From Candidatus Zixiibacteriota bacterium (lineage in GTDB: Bacteria; Zixibacteria; MSB-5A5; JAABVY01; JAHJOQ01), in NCBI GenBank assembly GCA_020053015.1, contig JAGVNY010000113.1:1-51277 (forward strand): a stretch of 51,277 bases of DNA, given 5' to 3'. The position numbers and the translations under genes are program-made. The notes under the pieces are model-generated. The model was not told the origin of the DNA. It searched no databases and saw nothing but the letters and a program-made list of their open reading frames with translations. Positions 1 through 9,430 of the stretch are shown here, piece by piece. Position 1 is the first letter of the stretch. The number at the start of each line of letters is the position of its first letter.

Positions 1-2688
1 GAACCTGATGCCAGAACCGGTAACGACCCGGGCAAAGCAGACGAACTGCTGCCGAAACCTCATCCTGCTCCTGCCGGCACGGTCAAGTATGTGGAGTATC
101 CACTGCAAAACGCGGATGAGCCCGGTTATCTGATGTTCGGTTGGTCACCGACTCTGAAGGTTGCAAACGATGAGAAATACCTGCTTAGCTTGTTTCTCGA
201 GCTTCTGGCTACGGGCGAAACCTCGAATCTCCACAAGAAGTTCATCGATTCTGAAACAAGGGTCATGGATGTCGGAGCAAGCAGCACGTTTGGGGAGATC
301 GGTTTTGATGTCGGCAATCCGATCCTTATCGGACTCTCAGACGTTCGAAGAGATGCAATGGAAAGGGCATCGATCGACTCCGTCAAGTCCGTAATTCTTT
401 CGGAGATCAAACGGATCGCAGCTTTCGCGGATGCATCAGAGGAGCTGGCTGCGTTCAACGAGAGAGCCGCAAACACGATCTTGGAGCACGCTCGAGGCGC
501 CCGCAAGTTTCTGTCGTCGCCTCCAGGCTTCGGATTCAGGCATTCGGGGGATCAGTGGCGCACGCATCTTCTCCGATTGCAGGAGTCGAAAGACTTTCGA
601 AAGGACCTCACCGGAAAAGCGGAGTCAGCATTCGCAACGAACCTTTTGTCGAGTGGCAAGAACTTCTGGCGCGAGTATATAACCAAGTGGCACCTTCTCG
701 ATTTTGATCCGTATGCTCTCGCAAGCATAGCGAATCCATCGCTTCTTGAGAAAGAGCAGCAGGAGAAACAGAATCGAATCGATCAGTTCACAAACGCTCT
801 CAAAGCACAGTATGCCGTTGCAACAGGCGACGAGGCCCTGAGTCTTTACAAGACCTCTTATGATGCTAATAGCGCTGCTATCGAGAAGGAAGCGAAGAAA
901 GTCGTTATCCCGGATTTCGTCAAAAATCCGCCGATGACGCTCGACGATCAGCTTACCTATCGAGTCGAGAAGCTCCCCGGAGGAAATTCACTCGTGACGT
1001 CCACGTTTGAGACAATGACGGGGGCCACGGCCGGGCTTATGTTCAATATGGAAGTTGTGCCTGACCAGTACTTGCTGTATGTGCCTGCCCTTCCGGCGCT
1101 GATGACGCAAGTCGGTGTCATAAAGGACGGAATCCCGATTCCATACGATGACGCGGCTGAGGCTATGAAGAGAGAGATCCTTTGGCTCAATGCGTCATAC
1201 GACGTGCGCTACTCTCGCGAGAAAGTGGAACTTGCAGTCAGCGCATCAGGCTCTGACAAAGTCGAATCAGAGAAAGCGCTTGAGTGGATCAACCTCGCTC
1301 TGTTCAGCCCCGACTGGAGGAAAGAGAATCTCTCGCGCATTCGTGACGCTGTCGACCAGCAGTTGTCCATCCTGCGCAATACTATGCAAGGGCGAGAAGA
1401 AGACTGGGTTAGTGGACCCGCGAACGCATTCCTCAGACAGTCGAATCCGATGATTCTGAGCGCCGGTTCATTCCTCACGCAAGTCTACTTCCTCGAGAGA
1501 CTTCACTGGATGCTGCGCGAGGCCGAATCGCCTGAGGAATTCGAGAAGTTCTCCCGCGAGATGTCAATGGTAATCAGGGCGATGGAGACAATGGATCGAG
1601 CCGGGCTAACGGCTTATCTCGATTCACTCGGCTCCGGACTCGAGCAGGGCGGGCTTCTGGCTGAAGCAATCGGAGACATTCGTCACAACCTCGGAGATGT
1701 CCCTGACGCCACACTCCGCGAGGATATGGTCTATCTTTGCAACCGCATCGTAGCAGACCTGAAGATACCGCCCGAAACCGTGCTTGATGACCTCAACGCG
1801 ATGATGAATCTGATTAGACGACAGAGCAATGTCAGGGCGTATCTTGTGGCCAACAGCAACACCGAGAGCGATATCATACCGAGGATCAAAGAGACGGTGG
1901 CCAGACTATCGCCCGAACCATCGGTAAGGGCACAGCGCCAGGAAGTGGCATCAGTTACTTCGCGGCTCGCGTCTCGCGAAAAGGGATTAACGTCTCCGGT
2001 GTACGTCGGACTTGTCAATCCGAACACACGGAACGGTGTCATAGTAAACAACGCTCCCTCAGTCAAATACACCGACACGGACAGAGAGTCCTTGCTAAGG
2101 TTTCTGGCCTCCAAACTCTATGGCGGAAGAGCAGCACACGGACTCTTCATGAAGACCTGGGGAGCCGGATTAGCATATTCAAATGGAGTGGGGAGCAGCG
2201 AGCTGTCGGGTAGAATATCATACTATGCCGAGCGCTGCCCTGACCTGGCTCAGACGCTACAGTTTATTACGAACGAAATCAACAACGCGCAGCGCGACAC
2301 TACCCTCGCTGACTACGCCATTGCGCAGGTCTTTGGATCATCACGCGCAGCTTCAACTTATGAAGAACGCGGCCAGGCGATGGCTACCGATCTCGCTGAT
2401 GGAATCACTCCGGAAGACATCAGGCGTTTCCGGGAGGAGATCGTACGTCTCCGAGACAATCCTGACCTGTACGATCAGTTGCATTCAAGGATGAAGGACG
2501 TCTATGCGCCGGTCATGCCGGGACTCGTTCCCAACACACCGGTCGCTCGGAGTTCCGTTCGGTTCATCATTGGGCCGGAATCTCAATTCGAGTCATTCGA
2601 GAATTATCTCAAGGCGTCCGGAGAGGATGCCCAAGTTTTTAGGCTCTATCCGCGCGATTTCTGGATAACGCCAACCATCGCGCAGTAG
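1..2688 (+). CDS. M16 (insulinase/PreP-like) family peptidase, C-terminal ~895 aa; the 5' end lies outside the window
   Basis: Frame 1 is open from base 1, with no stop before the listed GTG at 91, so the gene is truncated by the window edge. It is a long ORF. The C-terminal segment WGAGLAYSNGVGSSELSGRISYYAERCPDLAQTL resembles the GGAYG...SYRDP...TL region of M16C/PreP-type proteins. The HxxEH zinc motif would lie upstream of the window, so the family call is tentative. Confidence 0.5.
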   Translation, partial: EPDARTGNDPGKADELLPKPHPAPAGTVKYVEYPLQNADEPGYLMFGWSPTLKVANDEKYLLSLFLELLATGETSNLHKKFIDSETRVMDVGASSTFGEIGFDVGNPILIGLSDVRRDAMERASIDSVKSVILSEIKRIAAFADASEELAAFNERAANTILEHARGARKFLSSPPGFGFRHSGDQWRTHLLRLQESKDFRKDLTGKAESAFATNLLSSGKNFWREYITKWHLLDFDPYALASIANPSLLEKEQQEKQNRIDQFTNALKAQYAVATGDEALSLYKTSYDANSAAIEKEAKKVVIPDFVKNPPMTLDDQLTYRVEKLPGGNSLVTSTFETMTGATAGLMFNMEVVPDQYLLYVPALPALMTQVGVIKDGIPIPYDDAAEAMKREILWLNASYDVRYSREKVELAVSASGSDKVESEKALEWINLALFSPDWRKENLSRIRDAVDQQLSILRNTMQGREEDWVSGPANAFLRQSNPMILSAGSFLTQVYFLERLHWMLREAESPEEFEKFSREMSMVIRAMETMDRAGLTAYLDSLGSGLEQGGLLAEAIGDIRHNLGDVPDATLREDMVYLCNRIVADLKIPPETVLDDLNAMMNLIRRQSNVRAYLVANSNTESDIIPRIKETVARLSPEPSVRAQRQEVASVTSRLASREKGLTSPVYVGLVNPNTRNGVIVNNAPSVKYTDTDRESLLRFLASKLYGGRAAHGLFMKTWGAGLAYSNGVGSSELSGRISYYAERCPDLAQTLQFITNEINNAQRDTTLADYAIAQVFGSSRAASTYEERGQAMATDLADGITPEDIRRFREEIVRLRDNPDLYDQLHSRMKDVYAPVMPGLVPNTPVARSSVRFIIGPESQFESFENYLKASGEDAQVFRLYPRDFWITPTIAQ

Positions 2689-2770
2689 ATGCCCGAAGAT
2701 CCAATTCGTTCACTCGAGAGGCCTCGCTTCCGCAAGAAGCGAGGCTCTCTGTCAGTAGGGGGAGTCAATT

Positions 2771-3178
2771 GTGCGTGAGATCGGAACCGCCAGATCAAGA
2801 ACAACGCCAAGAAGCACCAAGACTTGCAGCAAGACTCCCACAACCGAACTTTATAGTGAATTCACGAGACGCGTTATCAAACTGATCCGGGCAATACCGC
2901 GAGGCAAAGTCGCAACATATGGTCAGATAGCTGCCCTCGCAGGGAATCCCCGCGCGAGCCGGCAAGTCTCTCGGATTCTGCATTCCTTGACAATGAAACA
3001 GAGGCTTCCGTGGCAGAGGGTCGTAAATGGACGTGGCCGGATATCGCTTCCACTCGGAGGTGGCTACGAGGATCAGAAGGCGCTTCTTCTCAAAGAGGGG
3101 GTGCGATTCAAGCTCGGCGATATTATCGATCTTGATCGGCACCTCTGGCTACCTCGGGGCAGCTCCCGACGGACCTGA
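2771..3178 (+). CDS. Alkyltransferase-like (ATL) protein, i.e. an MGMT DNA-binding-domain protein without the acceptor cysteine
   Basis: IPRGKVATYGQIAALAGNPRASRQVSRIL...LPWQRVVNGRGRIS matches the O6-alkylguanine-DNA alkyltransferase C-terminal domain. The PCHRV active site reads PWQRV. The GTG start is preceded by GGGGGAG 7 nt upstream. Confidence 0.8.
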   Translation: MREIGTARSRTTPRSTKTCSKTPTTELYSEFTRRVIKLIRAIPRGKVATYGQIAALAGNPRASRQVSRILHSLTMKQRLPWQRVVNGRGRISLPLGGGYEDQKALLLKEGVRFKLGDIIDLDRHLWLPRGSSRRT

Positions 3179-3229
3179 GGCTCTGCATCGAACGAGACTG
3201 CGAAGAGTCCCTGCCTCGTTCGACCAATA

Positions 3230-5839
3230 CTAATCGCAGGCAGCGCAGGGTTCAGCTCCTGCGCGGAAGAGATAGTTGACCAGGTAGACAATATCCAATA
3301 GATTGGTCTTCTTGTCACAGCTGACATCGCCAGTTTCGGGTGGATTCGGAGGAACGCCATCATCGTACACGAATCCGATCAACGCGATTACGTCGTCGAT
3401 GTCAACGAATCCGCTTGCATCAACATCCCCGCATATGATCGCGACTCTCCTGTCAAGAAAATCCATCACGCGAGAGAGCAGCGTTTCGCGGCTGGAGAAA
3501 CCGTCGGCGACGTACTGATCGTTAACCGCCTCGAACCCGAATCCAAAGAGGACGGCTCTGTAACCGGCTGATGCGACTTCCACCGCCGCTGTGCCGCCCG
3601 TACCGTACTCGAGACATGCCGTAGCGCCGGTCTGCGGCTCAAGAATATCAAGCGAATATTGGTTAGCCGCACCATCGTATCCAATGATCAAGCAGGAAAT
3701 GCTGTCTCGTCCCACAACTGATCCATCAACCCCACTCACCGCCCACTGCGACTCGGCTGCTCCGTCGTACGCACACTTGAAGTACTGCTCAAGAAATCCA
3801 TCTTCGTCGCGAGCGAAATGCTGCGCTATGTCCTGGCCAGTGAGGAAAAGCCTCCCGCCACCGTCCAGATAATCAGTAATGAACGCTCTGTCGGCAGATG
3901 TCAGCGATGTGTCTCTCGCGTCACCCGTGATCCACATCACAATAGGAGACTCGACTTGCATGAACCCTGGACTTCCCAGTGTGTCCTTGCCCCAGGCGGA
4001 ATACGTAATCCCCAGGCTATCAAGTGCGTTGGCCAAGTATAACTCATACTTGTACGCCGTAGACCTGTCGTCATCGACAATCAGGACCTTAGTTCCACCG
4101 ATGTTCCAATTGAAAGCATAGCTTGTCGTGTCAGCTACGCTGGCCTGAGTCAACACGAGCGTGAAACGGACCTTCGTCGTATCCATATCATTGGGTATCT
4201 CAAAGACAATAGGATCGCCTGAATTGCCAGCATCTCCGCCGCTCGGCACCGTACCCAGCTCCACCGCGGGCGTAGTGAACACCAGCCTCGGGTCGGAAGC
4301 CAAGAGAGTTGCCGTCGCGCCGACAGCATCGGCCCATAGATTGGTAACCTGGAAGTGGAAGGCGATGGCCTCGCCGAGTTCCGTCACACCATCCCCATCG
4401 CCGCCTTCAGAGTCGTCAAATGACCGAGCGGTGAGCAGATAGCAAGGACGTGAGAACACGACGTCGAGATTGGCCGTCATCAGGCTGTCAGAATCTGAGA
4501 TTCGCCAAGCGGCTACCTCTGTTGTTGACCCGCCATATGCCTTGGAATCAGGGACGGTCCTGTCGGTGAATTCTCTCTTGTTCGTAAAGCCGGGCCAGGG
4601 ATCCCCTGAGTTTCCACCAGAGTACGGGCCGCTTTCAAGCTCGAATAACCCGTCAGCTTGCTCGAGTGCAACCAGATAGTGAGTCTCATCCGAGTTTCCG
4701 TGCTGATTCTCATCGACGTGGTAGATCAAAAGACCTTCACCGGGGAGACCCGCATCAAACATGACTCTCTGCCTATTCTCGATCAGAAAATACTGCGGCC
4801 CGACCGTTCCATTGGCCCACACCCTTACGGCATACGGCACTTCCTCGACACGCGGAAACTCATGGCCAAAGCTGTTCGCTGTAAGAACTTCCGGTTGAAC
4901 GAACCCAAGCCGGTACTTACACCAGGCATCAAAGTGAGCAGGAACTTGGCTGCCTCCGTTATAGCTGCCGCTAGCCATCAGCGTCCAGCTTCCGAGACCT
5001 GAAGATGTGTAGTCGACGTCATACAAATCGGGCAATCCGAGCACATGGCCGAATTCATGGCAGAACACACCGATGTCGACCAGATTGTCATCTCCCCTGT
5101 TCTGCTCAGGCTGCATCGCATATCCGCGTAACGATACACCATCATAATATTGAGGTCCGGTCATGAACCACCTGTGAGAGTGAATCTGATTGGTGCTGCC
5201 CGAAGTCTCATATCCTTCGCCCGCATGAACTAGCATCAAACCCTCGACCTCGCCGTCGCCGTCATTGTCGTACAGCGAATAGTCTATATATGGATCCGCT
5301 AATGCCACAGCATCTTCAACCATCTTCTGCGCATTGCGAGGGTAATCTCCGAATCCGCGTTGTCCATCAACATAGTAATCGTAGGTTTGCGGCATCATGT
5401 ACCAACCGTAGACCTCACCCTGGAGAAGGAACTTACCGTACGAGTTTTCCAGATAAAATTCTCTCATGCTTCCGTAGGGCAGCACTCCCTCAGAGAACAT
5501 GAGGTCTTCAAAATACGACTTTGTGCCGTCCGGACCGGTCTGCCACCGGTTATCGGTGAACTCAATAAGAATCAGGGGAATTCTCATTGTATCGACGACG
5601 TCCGACGATGCCAAAGATAAGTGTGTCGACTTGGATTGCGACGCCCAAACTCCTCTCGCTCGGGCCTCAGCCATGTCCTCGACATAGGCCGAAAGTGTGC
5701 CGTCCGCGCGCATTCGTTCGAGCAAATCCGGATGCAAACTGACCGCACAAGCCCCAGTCGCAAAGACTCCTAACGCAACCACGGTCAGAAGCAGGAATCC
5801 CCCAAGTATTCTCAAGCTACGGTATGAAAGGCTATTCAT
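3230..5839 (-). CDS. Secreted M6 (immune inhibitor A-like) zinc metalloprotease with a C-terminal dockerin-like module
   Basis: It has the HEFGHVLGLPDLYD zincin motif. The likely start is the internal ATG at 5839 (MNSLSYRSLRILGGFLLLTVVALGVFATGACA looks like a signal peptide, with GGAGAG upstream) rather than the ORF-track start at 5911. The C-terminus carries two EF-hand-like dockerin repeats, GDVDASGFVDIDDVIALIGFVY and GDVSCDKKTNLLDIVYLVNYLF. Confidence 0.85.
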   Translation of the reverse strand: MNSLSYRSLRILGGFLLLTVVALGVFATGACAVSLHPDLLERMRADGTLSAYVEDMAEARARGVWASQSKSTHLSLASSDVVDTMRIPLILIEFTDNRWQTGPDGTKSYFEDLMFSEGVLPYGSMREFYLENSYGKFLLQGEVYGWYMMPQTYDYYVDGQRGFGDYPRNAQKMVEDAVALADPYIDYSLYDNDGDGEVEGLMLVHAGEGYETSGSTNQIHSHRWFMTGPQYYDGVSLRGYAMQPEQNRGDDNLVDIGVFCHEFGHVLGLPDLYDVDYTSSGLGSWTLMASGSYNGGSQVPAHFDAWCKYRLGFVQPEVLTANSFGHEFPRVEEVPYAVRVWANGTVGPQYFLIENRQRVMFDAGLPGEGLLIYHVDENQHGNSDETHYLVALEQADGLFELESGPYSGGNSGDPWPGFTNKREFTDRTVPDSKAYGGSTTEVAAWRISDSDSLMTANLDVVFSRPCYLLTARSFDDSEGGDGDGVTELGEAIAFHFQVTNLWADAVGATATLLASDPRLVFTTPAVELGTVPSGGDAGNSGDPIVFEIPNDMDTTKVRFTLVLTQASVADTTSYAFNWNIGGTKVLIVDDDRSTAYKYELYLANALDSLGITYSAWGKDTLGSPGFMQVESPIVMWITGDARDTSLTSADRAFITDYLDGGGRLFLTGQDIAQHFARDEDGFLEQYFKCAYDGAAESQWAVSGVDGSVVGRDSISCLIIGYDGAANQYSLDILEPQTGATACLEYGTGGTAAVEVASAGYRAVLFGFGFEAVNDQYVADGFSSRETLLSRVMDFLDRRVAIICGDVDASGFVDIDDVIALIGFVYDDGVPPNPPETGDVSCDKKTNLLDIVYLVNYLFRAGAEPCAACD

Positions 5840-6200
5840 TCTCTCTCCAATCACTGTTCCTGTCAGACAGGTACGTAGAAGCAAATCAACTGTAATATAG
5901 GCAAAAGACAACGTTTTCCAACCCTAATTGCGAGCACAATACCCCCGCCCATAGCGGACCACGTGCATTTCCGAAAGCAACCGTGCGATCATGTGCGAGC
6001 AATGGTTCATCCGACAAAGAAACACAAAAACTAAAGAACCGGTTCACCGATGCAACGCAAAAGATTGCTGACGACCGCGCACATGCACAAACTGCTTGAC
6101 GGAACCTGCATGCATGCGATCTTGTGACATCCGATCGATCGGCAACATGGCACAGGCGGTTGGAACAGACAGAGAAGATAGAGTAGACATGAGGTATTAG

Positions 6201-7391
6201 ATGCGATCAACAGAACTCACAAAGGACTTTTTCTGGGTGGGAGCAGTCGACTGGGATCTGCGGGATTTCCATGGATACTCCACCGAGAAGGGCTCCACCT
6301 ACAATGCCTTCCTTCTAAGAGATGCCAAGACGGCTCTATTCGATACGGTGAAGATCGATCTATTGGACGATCTTGTGGAGAACATCAAAGAAGTCACCGA
6401 GGTCGATAAGATCAACTACATCGTCGTCAACCACGCGGAGATGGATCACACCGGCTCGTTGCCACAGATGATTGAAATGATCCGTCCGGAGAAAGTCTTC
6501 TGCACTGCGGACGGACAGAAAGCGCTCGCCGCTCATTTCCACGGTCATAACTGGCCGTTGGAAATTGTCAAGGATGGCGATGCGATTTCTCTGGGCGAGC
6601 GCACGATCCGCTTCGTTAGCTCACCCATGTTGCACTGGCCCGAGAGTATGGCATCATTCATCCAGGAAAACAACATTCTTATCTCCAACGACATTTTCGG
6701 CCAGCACTGGGCAACCTCGGAGAGATTTGATGATGAGGTCGATCAGGGGGAGTTGTTCTGGCAGGCTGCAAAGTACTATGCGAACATCTTTCTCCCCATG
6801 TCCGGCGCAGTGCGCAAGTTCATGGAGAAACTCCGTGCGCTTAACGTAAAGCCGTCCATGCTTGCAGTCGATCACGGCCTTGTATGGAGAGCCGGAATTG
6901 ACAAGATATTCGAGAGATATGATCGATGGAGTCGGCAGGAGTCGCGTCCGGTTGCAGTCATCGTTTACGATACGATGTGGGAGAGCACTGCGAAGATGGC
7001 AAGAGCCATCGGTCGCGGGATCGCTGGACAAGGGGCGAGCGTCAAGCTCTTCGACCTGAGAATCAATCACCGAAGCGACATCATCACAGAGATGCTCGAA
7101 GCTCGAGCTGTCATCTTCGGTTCGCCAGTACTTAACAAGGGAATACTCCCGAAAATGGCCGACATGCTGACCTATACTAAAGCACTTCGCCCTGCGGACA
7201 AGATCGGAGCAGCGTTCGGGTCATACGGATGGCAGGATACATCGGTAAAGCAACTCAACGCAGCGATGGAAGAGCTAAAATGGCGCGTTATCGATCCCGG
7301 CATTGCCGTCAACTATGTACCCACAAAGGACGACCTCAAACGATGTGAGGCTCTTGGCGAGAAGATCCGCCAGGCGATGATAGAGAAGTAG
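6201..7391 (+). CDS. Flavodiiron protein (type A flavoprotein; O2/NO reductase)
   Basis: The N-terminal metallo-beta-lactamase-like domain has the di-iron ligand motif VVNHAEMDHTG. The C-terminal domain is flavodoxin-like (VAVIVYDTMWESTAKMA...FGSPVLN). A GAGG RBS precedes the ATG. Confidence 0.9.
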   Translation: MRSTELTKDFFWVGAVDWDLRDFHGYSTEKGSTYNAFLLRDAKTALFDTVKIDLLDDLVENIKEVTEVDKINYIVVNHAEMDHTGSLPQMIEMIRPEKVFCTADGQKALAAHFHGHNWPLEIVKDGDAISLGERTIRFVSSPMLHWPESMASFIQENNILISNDIFGQHWATSERFDDEVDQGELFWQAAKYYANIFLPMSGAVRKFMEKLRALNVKPSMLAVDHGLVWRAGIDKIFERYDRWSRQESRPVAVIVYDTMWESTAKMARAIGRGIAGQGASVKLFDLRINHRSDIITEMLEARAVIFGSPVLNKGILPKMADMLTYTKALRPADKIGAAFGSYGWQDTSVKQLNAAMEELKWRVIDPGIAVNYVPTKDDLKRCEALGEKIRQAMIEK

Positions 7392-7527
7392 TTCGCAGTC
7401 TGAGGCGGGACCACTCCGATTCACGCACAGCGTGGAACTGCGGGTACCGCCCTGCATCAGATTGGAGCAGGTCGGGTTCCGAATTGTGCAGTGCGCAAGG
7501 ATAAGCCCCACATAAGTGATTAGTGTC

Positions 7528-7550
7528 CCGTCAGGGAGGATTCCTGACGG
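7528..7550. terminator. Hairpin between the convergent flavodiiron and mgtE-like genes (possible bidirectional terminator)
   Basis: ccgtcagg-gaggatt-cctgacgg forms an 8-bp stem with a 7-nt loop. There is no clear U-tract on either strand, so support is weak. Confidence 0.3.
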
Positions 7551-7566
7551 CTCAAGAACGAACGGA

Positions 7567-8613
7567 TTATTTCTGCAGCAGCAAATCTGCGATACTGAAG
7601 TAGAATAGCAGCGTCGCAATGTCCGCGAGCGCTAGGGCTAATGGACCGCCCGCTATCTTAGGATCTGCCTTCACAGCTCGCACCAAAGTCGGGACGATTA
7701 CTCCCAGCGTACATGCCGTTATCGTGGCGAGGACGATGCTGAGTCCAACGGCGATAGATGCTTCCGCAGCTCCCTTCCAAATATAGACGACTCCACCTAC
7801 GAGAAGACCGCTGCCCAGTCCGATCATGGCAGAAGTGAGAAATTCCTTACGCAGCGCCCGAAGAGACCACCTGAGAGAGGAGCCGTAAGTCGCCTGAGCC
7901 TGAAGAGTGATGGTCATCGACTGCATGCTCACGCTCTCCGCAAGTGCAAGGACAACCGCTATGAACAGTGCCAACACGGTAATCTCACTTATGAGCAGCT
8001 CGTATCGACCTGCAATGAATGCGCATATAATGCCGCTGCCTATGTTGCACAACAACCAGGGGAATCTGTCCACGAAGCTGACCCACGGCGAGACGTCCCT
8101 GCCAAGAGACACATGCACGCCTATCAGCTGAAACACGTTCTCTGCTTCATGCCGTCGAGCCAACCCCTGGACTTCGTCGGTGAAAAAGGAAACATCAACG
8201 ACTCCACTGAAATGGCCATCTGTGTCGACAACAGGTAGCGCCAAGAGCTTGCTGAGAAGGAAGGTCTCGCATGCATCGAGCACGGTGGCTGATTCGGGAA
8301 TAGACACTACATCGCTGACCATTATCGATGCCACCGTCGCAAGTGGATCTGCGCCAAAGAACCTCCGAATCGGGACAACTCCCACCAATCTCCGGGATTG
8401 GTCAAGCACATACACATAGACTACCTTGTCTGTAAGTCGCGCATCGCGAATGACCGATATAGCTGAGCTGACTGACTGGCTGTCGGACAGCACCACTGCG
8501 TCGCGGCTCATGTGCTGAGCGACAGGGTCATCGAGATCGTCGTAACGGCAGCCTTGCCCGCCGACGAAATCACCCTCAGAGACACTTTTCTGATTCACTA
8601 ACACTTCTCTCAA
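7567..8613 (-). CDS. mgtE: MgtE-like divalent-cation (Mg2+) channel with a CBS pair and MgtE transmembrane domain but no MgtE N-domain
   Basis: Tandem CBS-like segments (VYVYVLDQSRRLVGVVPIRR...; LALPVVDTDGHFSGVVDVS) are followed by the MgtE membrane domain (FPWLLCNIGSGIICAFIAGRYE...ESVSMQSMTITLQ...ALADIATLLFYFSIA). At 348 aa it is about 100 aa shorter than canonical MgtE. Confidence 0.8.
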   Translation of the reverse strand: MREVLVNQKSVSEGDFVGGQGCRYDDLDDPVAQHMSRDAVVLSDSQSVSSAISVIRDARLTDKVVYVYVLDQSRRLVGVVPIRRFFGADPLATVASIMVSDVVSIPESATVLDACETFLLSKLLALPVVDTDGHFSGVVDVSFFTDEVQGLARRHEAENVFQLIGVHVSLGRDVSPWVSFVDRFPWLLCNIGSGIICAFIAGRYELLISEITVLALFIAVVLALAESVSMQSMTITLQAQATYGSSLRWSLRALRKEFLTSAMIGLGSGLLVGGVVYIWKGAAEASIAVGLSIVLATITACTLGVIVPTLVRAVKADPKIAGGPLALALADIATLLFYFSIADLLLQK

Positions 8614-8725
8614 TCGAACCCCCCTCTATGTTGTAAGGAGATTGAGACCACGAGTCAAGGCGATTGTTGCCTTGGGAAGTGAGATCGGTCTCTTGAGCAT
8701 GCGGAGAGTCAACACATGCCCGTCA

Positions 8726-8755
8726 ATGTCATTCCGGCGAAAGCGGGAACCCAGT
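8726..8755 (+). repeat. Short copy of the GTCATTCC..GGGAACCCAGT hairpin repeat
   Basis: atgtcattccggcgaaagcgggaacccagt shares its termini (atgtcattccggc / ggaacccagt) with the copies at 23527-23580 and, inverted, at 9480-9532. Confidence 0.7.
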
Positions 8756-8882
8756 CCTCTGTCCATCTTATGCCTCAGAACCGAATCGCAATCAAAACCA
8801 GTCCGTGACGAACAGGCAACCGCACCTTGACCTCCCAGTCCCTTTCACGTACTTTTATATGACTAAACTGGGGAAATAAGAA

Positions 8883-9428
8883 GTGAACATCATTCCGTCA
8901 GGAAAGATTCTTGACGCCGCAAGAAGGAGCGTGAGAGTGGAAATCATCGGAACAACACCACAAACAAACAGTATTGTCGGCGTGCTGTCGGCAATCCTGA
9001 GCCCAGTCATCGCTTTTGTAGTCGCATACATTGCCTATCAACAGCACAGGATCAATTGTTCCCGATTCCGATGGGAACTGTATGACCGACGCCTCCGTGT
9101 TTACAAAGCGGCTGAATTGTACCTGGTGCAAGTAATTCGCGAGGCCAAGGCTGATCACATTACGACAGCTCGGTTTCGCAACGACGCATCGGAGGTCGAC
9201 TTCCTTTTCGATAAGGAAGTCCGAGACTATGTTGACCAGCTGTACGACAAGGGACTCGAGTTGGTCAAAACCTGCTGGTTGCTGGACGGTTTTGACGGGA
9301 AGAGTGGTCTCCCCGTCGGCGATAAACGCAACAAAGCTGCAGATGAGCAGGCGGGAATCTTGAAGTGGTTTACGGGTCAACTCCGAGTCTCAAGGGAGTT
9401 GTTTACCAAGCACATGAGAATCAGATAG
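8883..9428 (+). CDS. Hypothetical small membrane-anchored protein with one N-terminal TM helix
   Basis: It is a 181-aa ORF with a hydrophobic helix, IVGVLSAILSPVIAFVVAYIAY. I recognise no family. A better start may be the GTG at 8937, which is preceded by AAGGAG. The gene is flanked by inverted repeat copies. Confidence 0.5.
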   Translation: MNIIPSGKILDAARRSVRVEIIGTTPQTNSIVGVLSAILSPVIAFVVAYIAYQQHRINCSRFRWELYDRRLRVYKAAELYLVQVIREAKADHITTARFRNDASEVDFLFDKEVRDYVDQLYDKGLELVKTCWLLDGFDGKSGLPVGDKRNKAADEQAGILKWFTGQLRVSRELFTKHMRIR

Positions 9429-9430
9429 AA

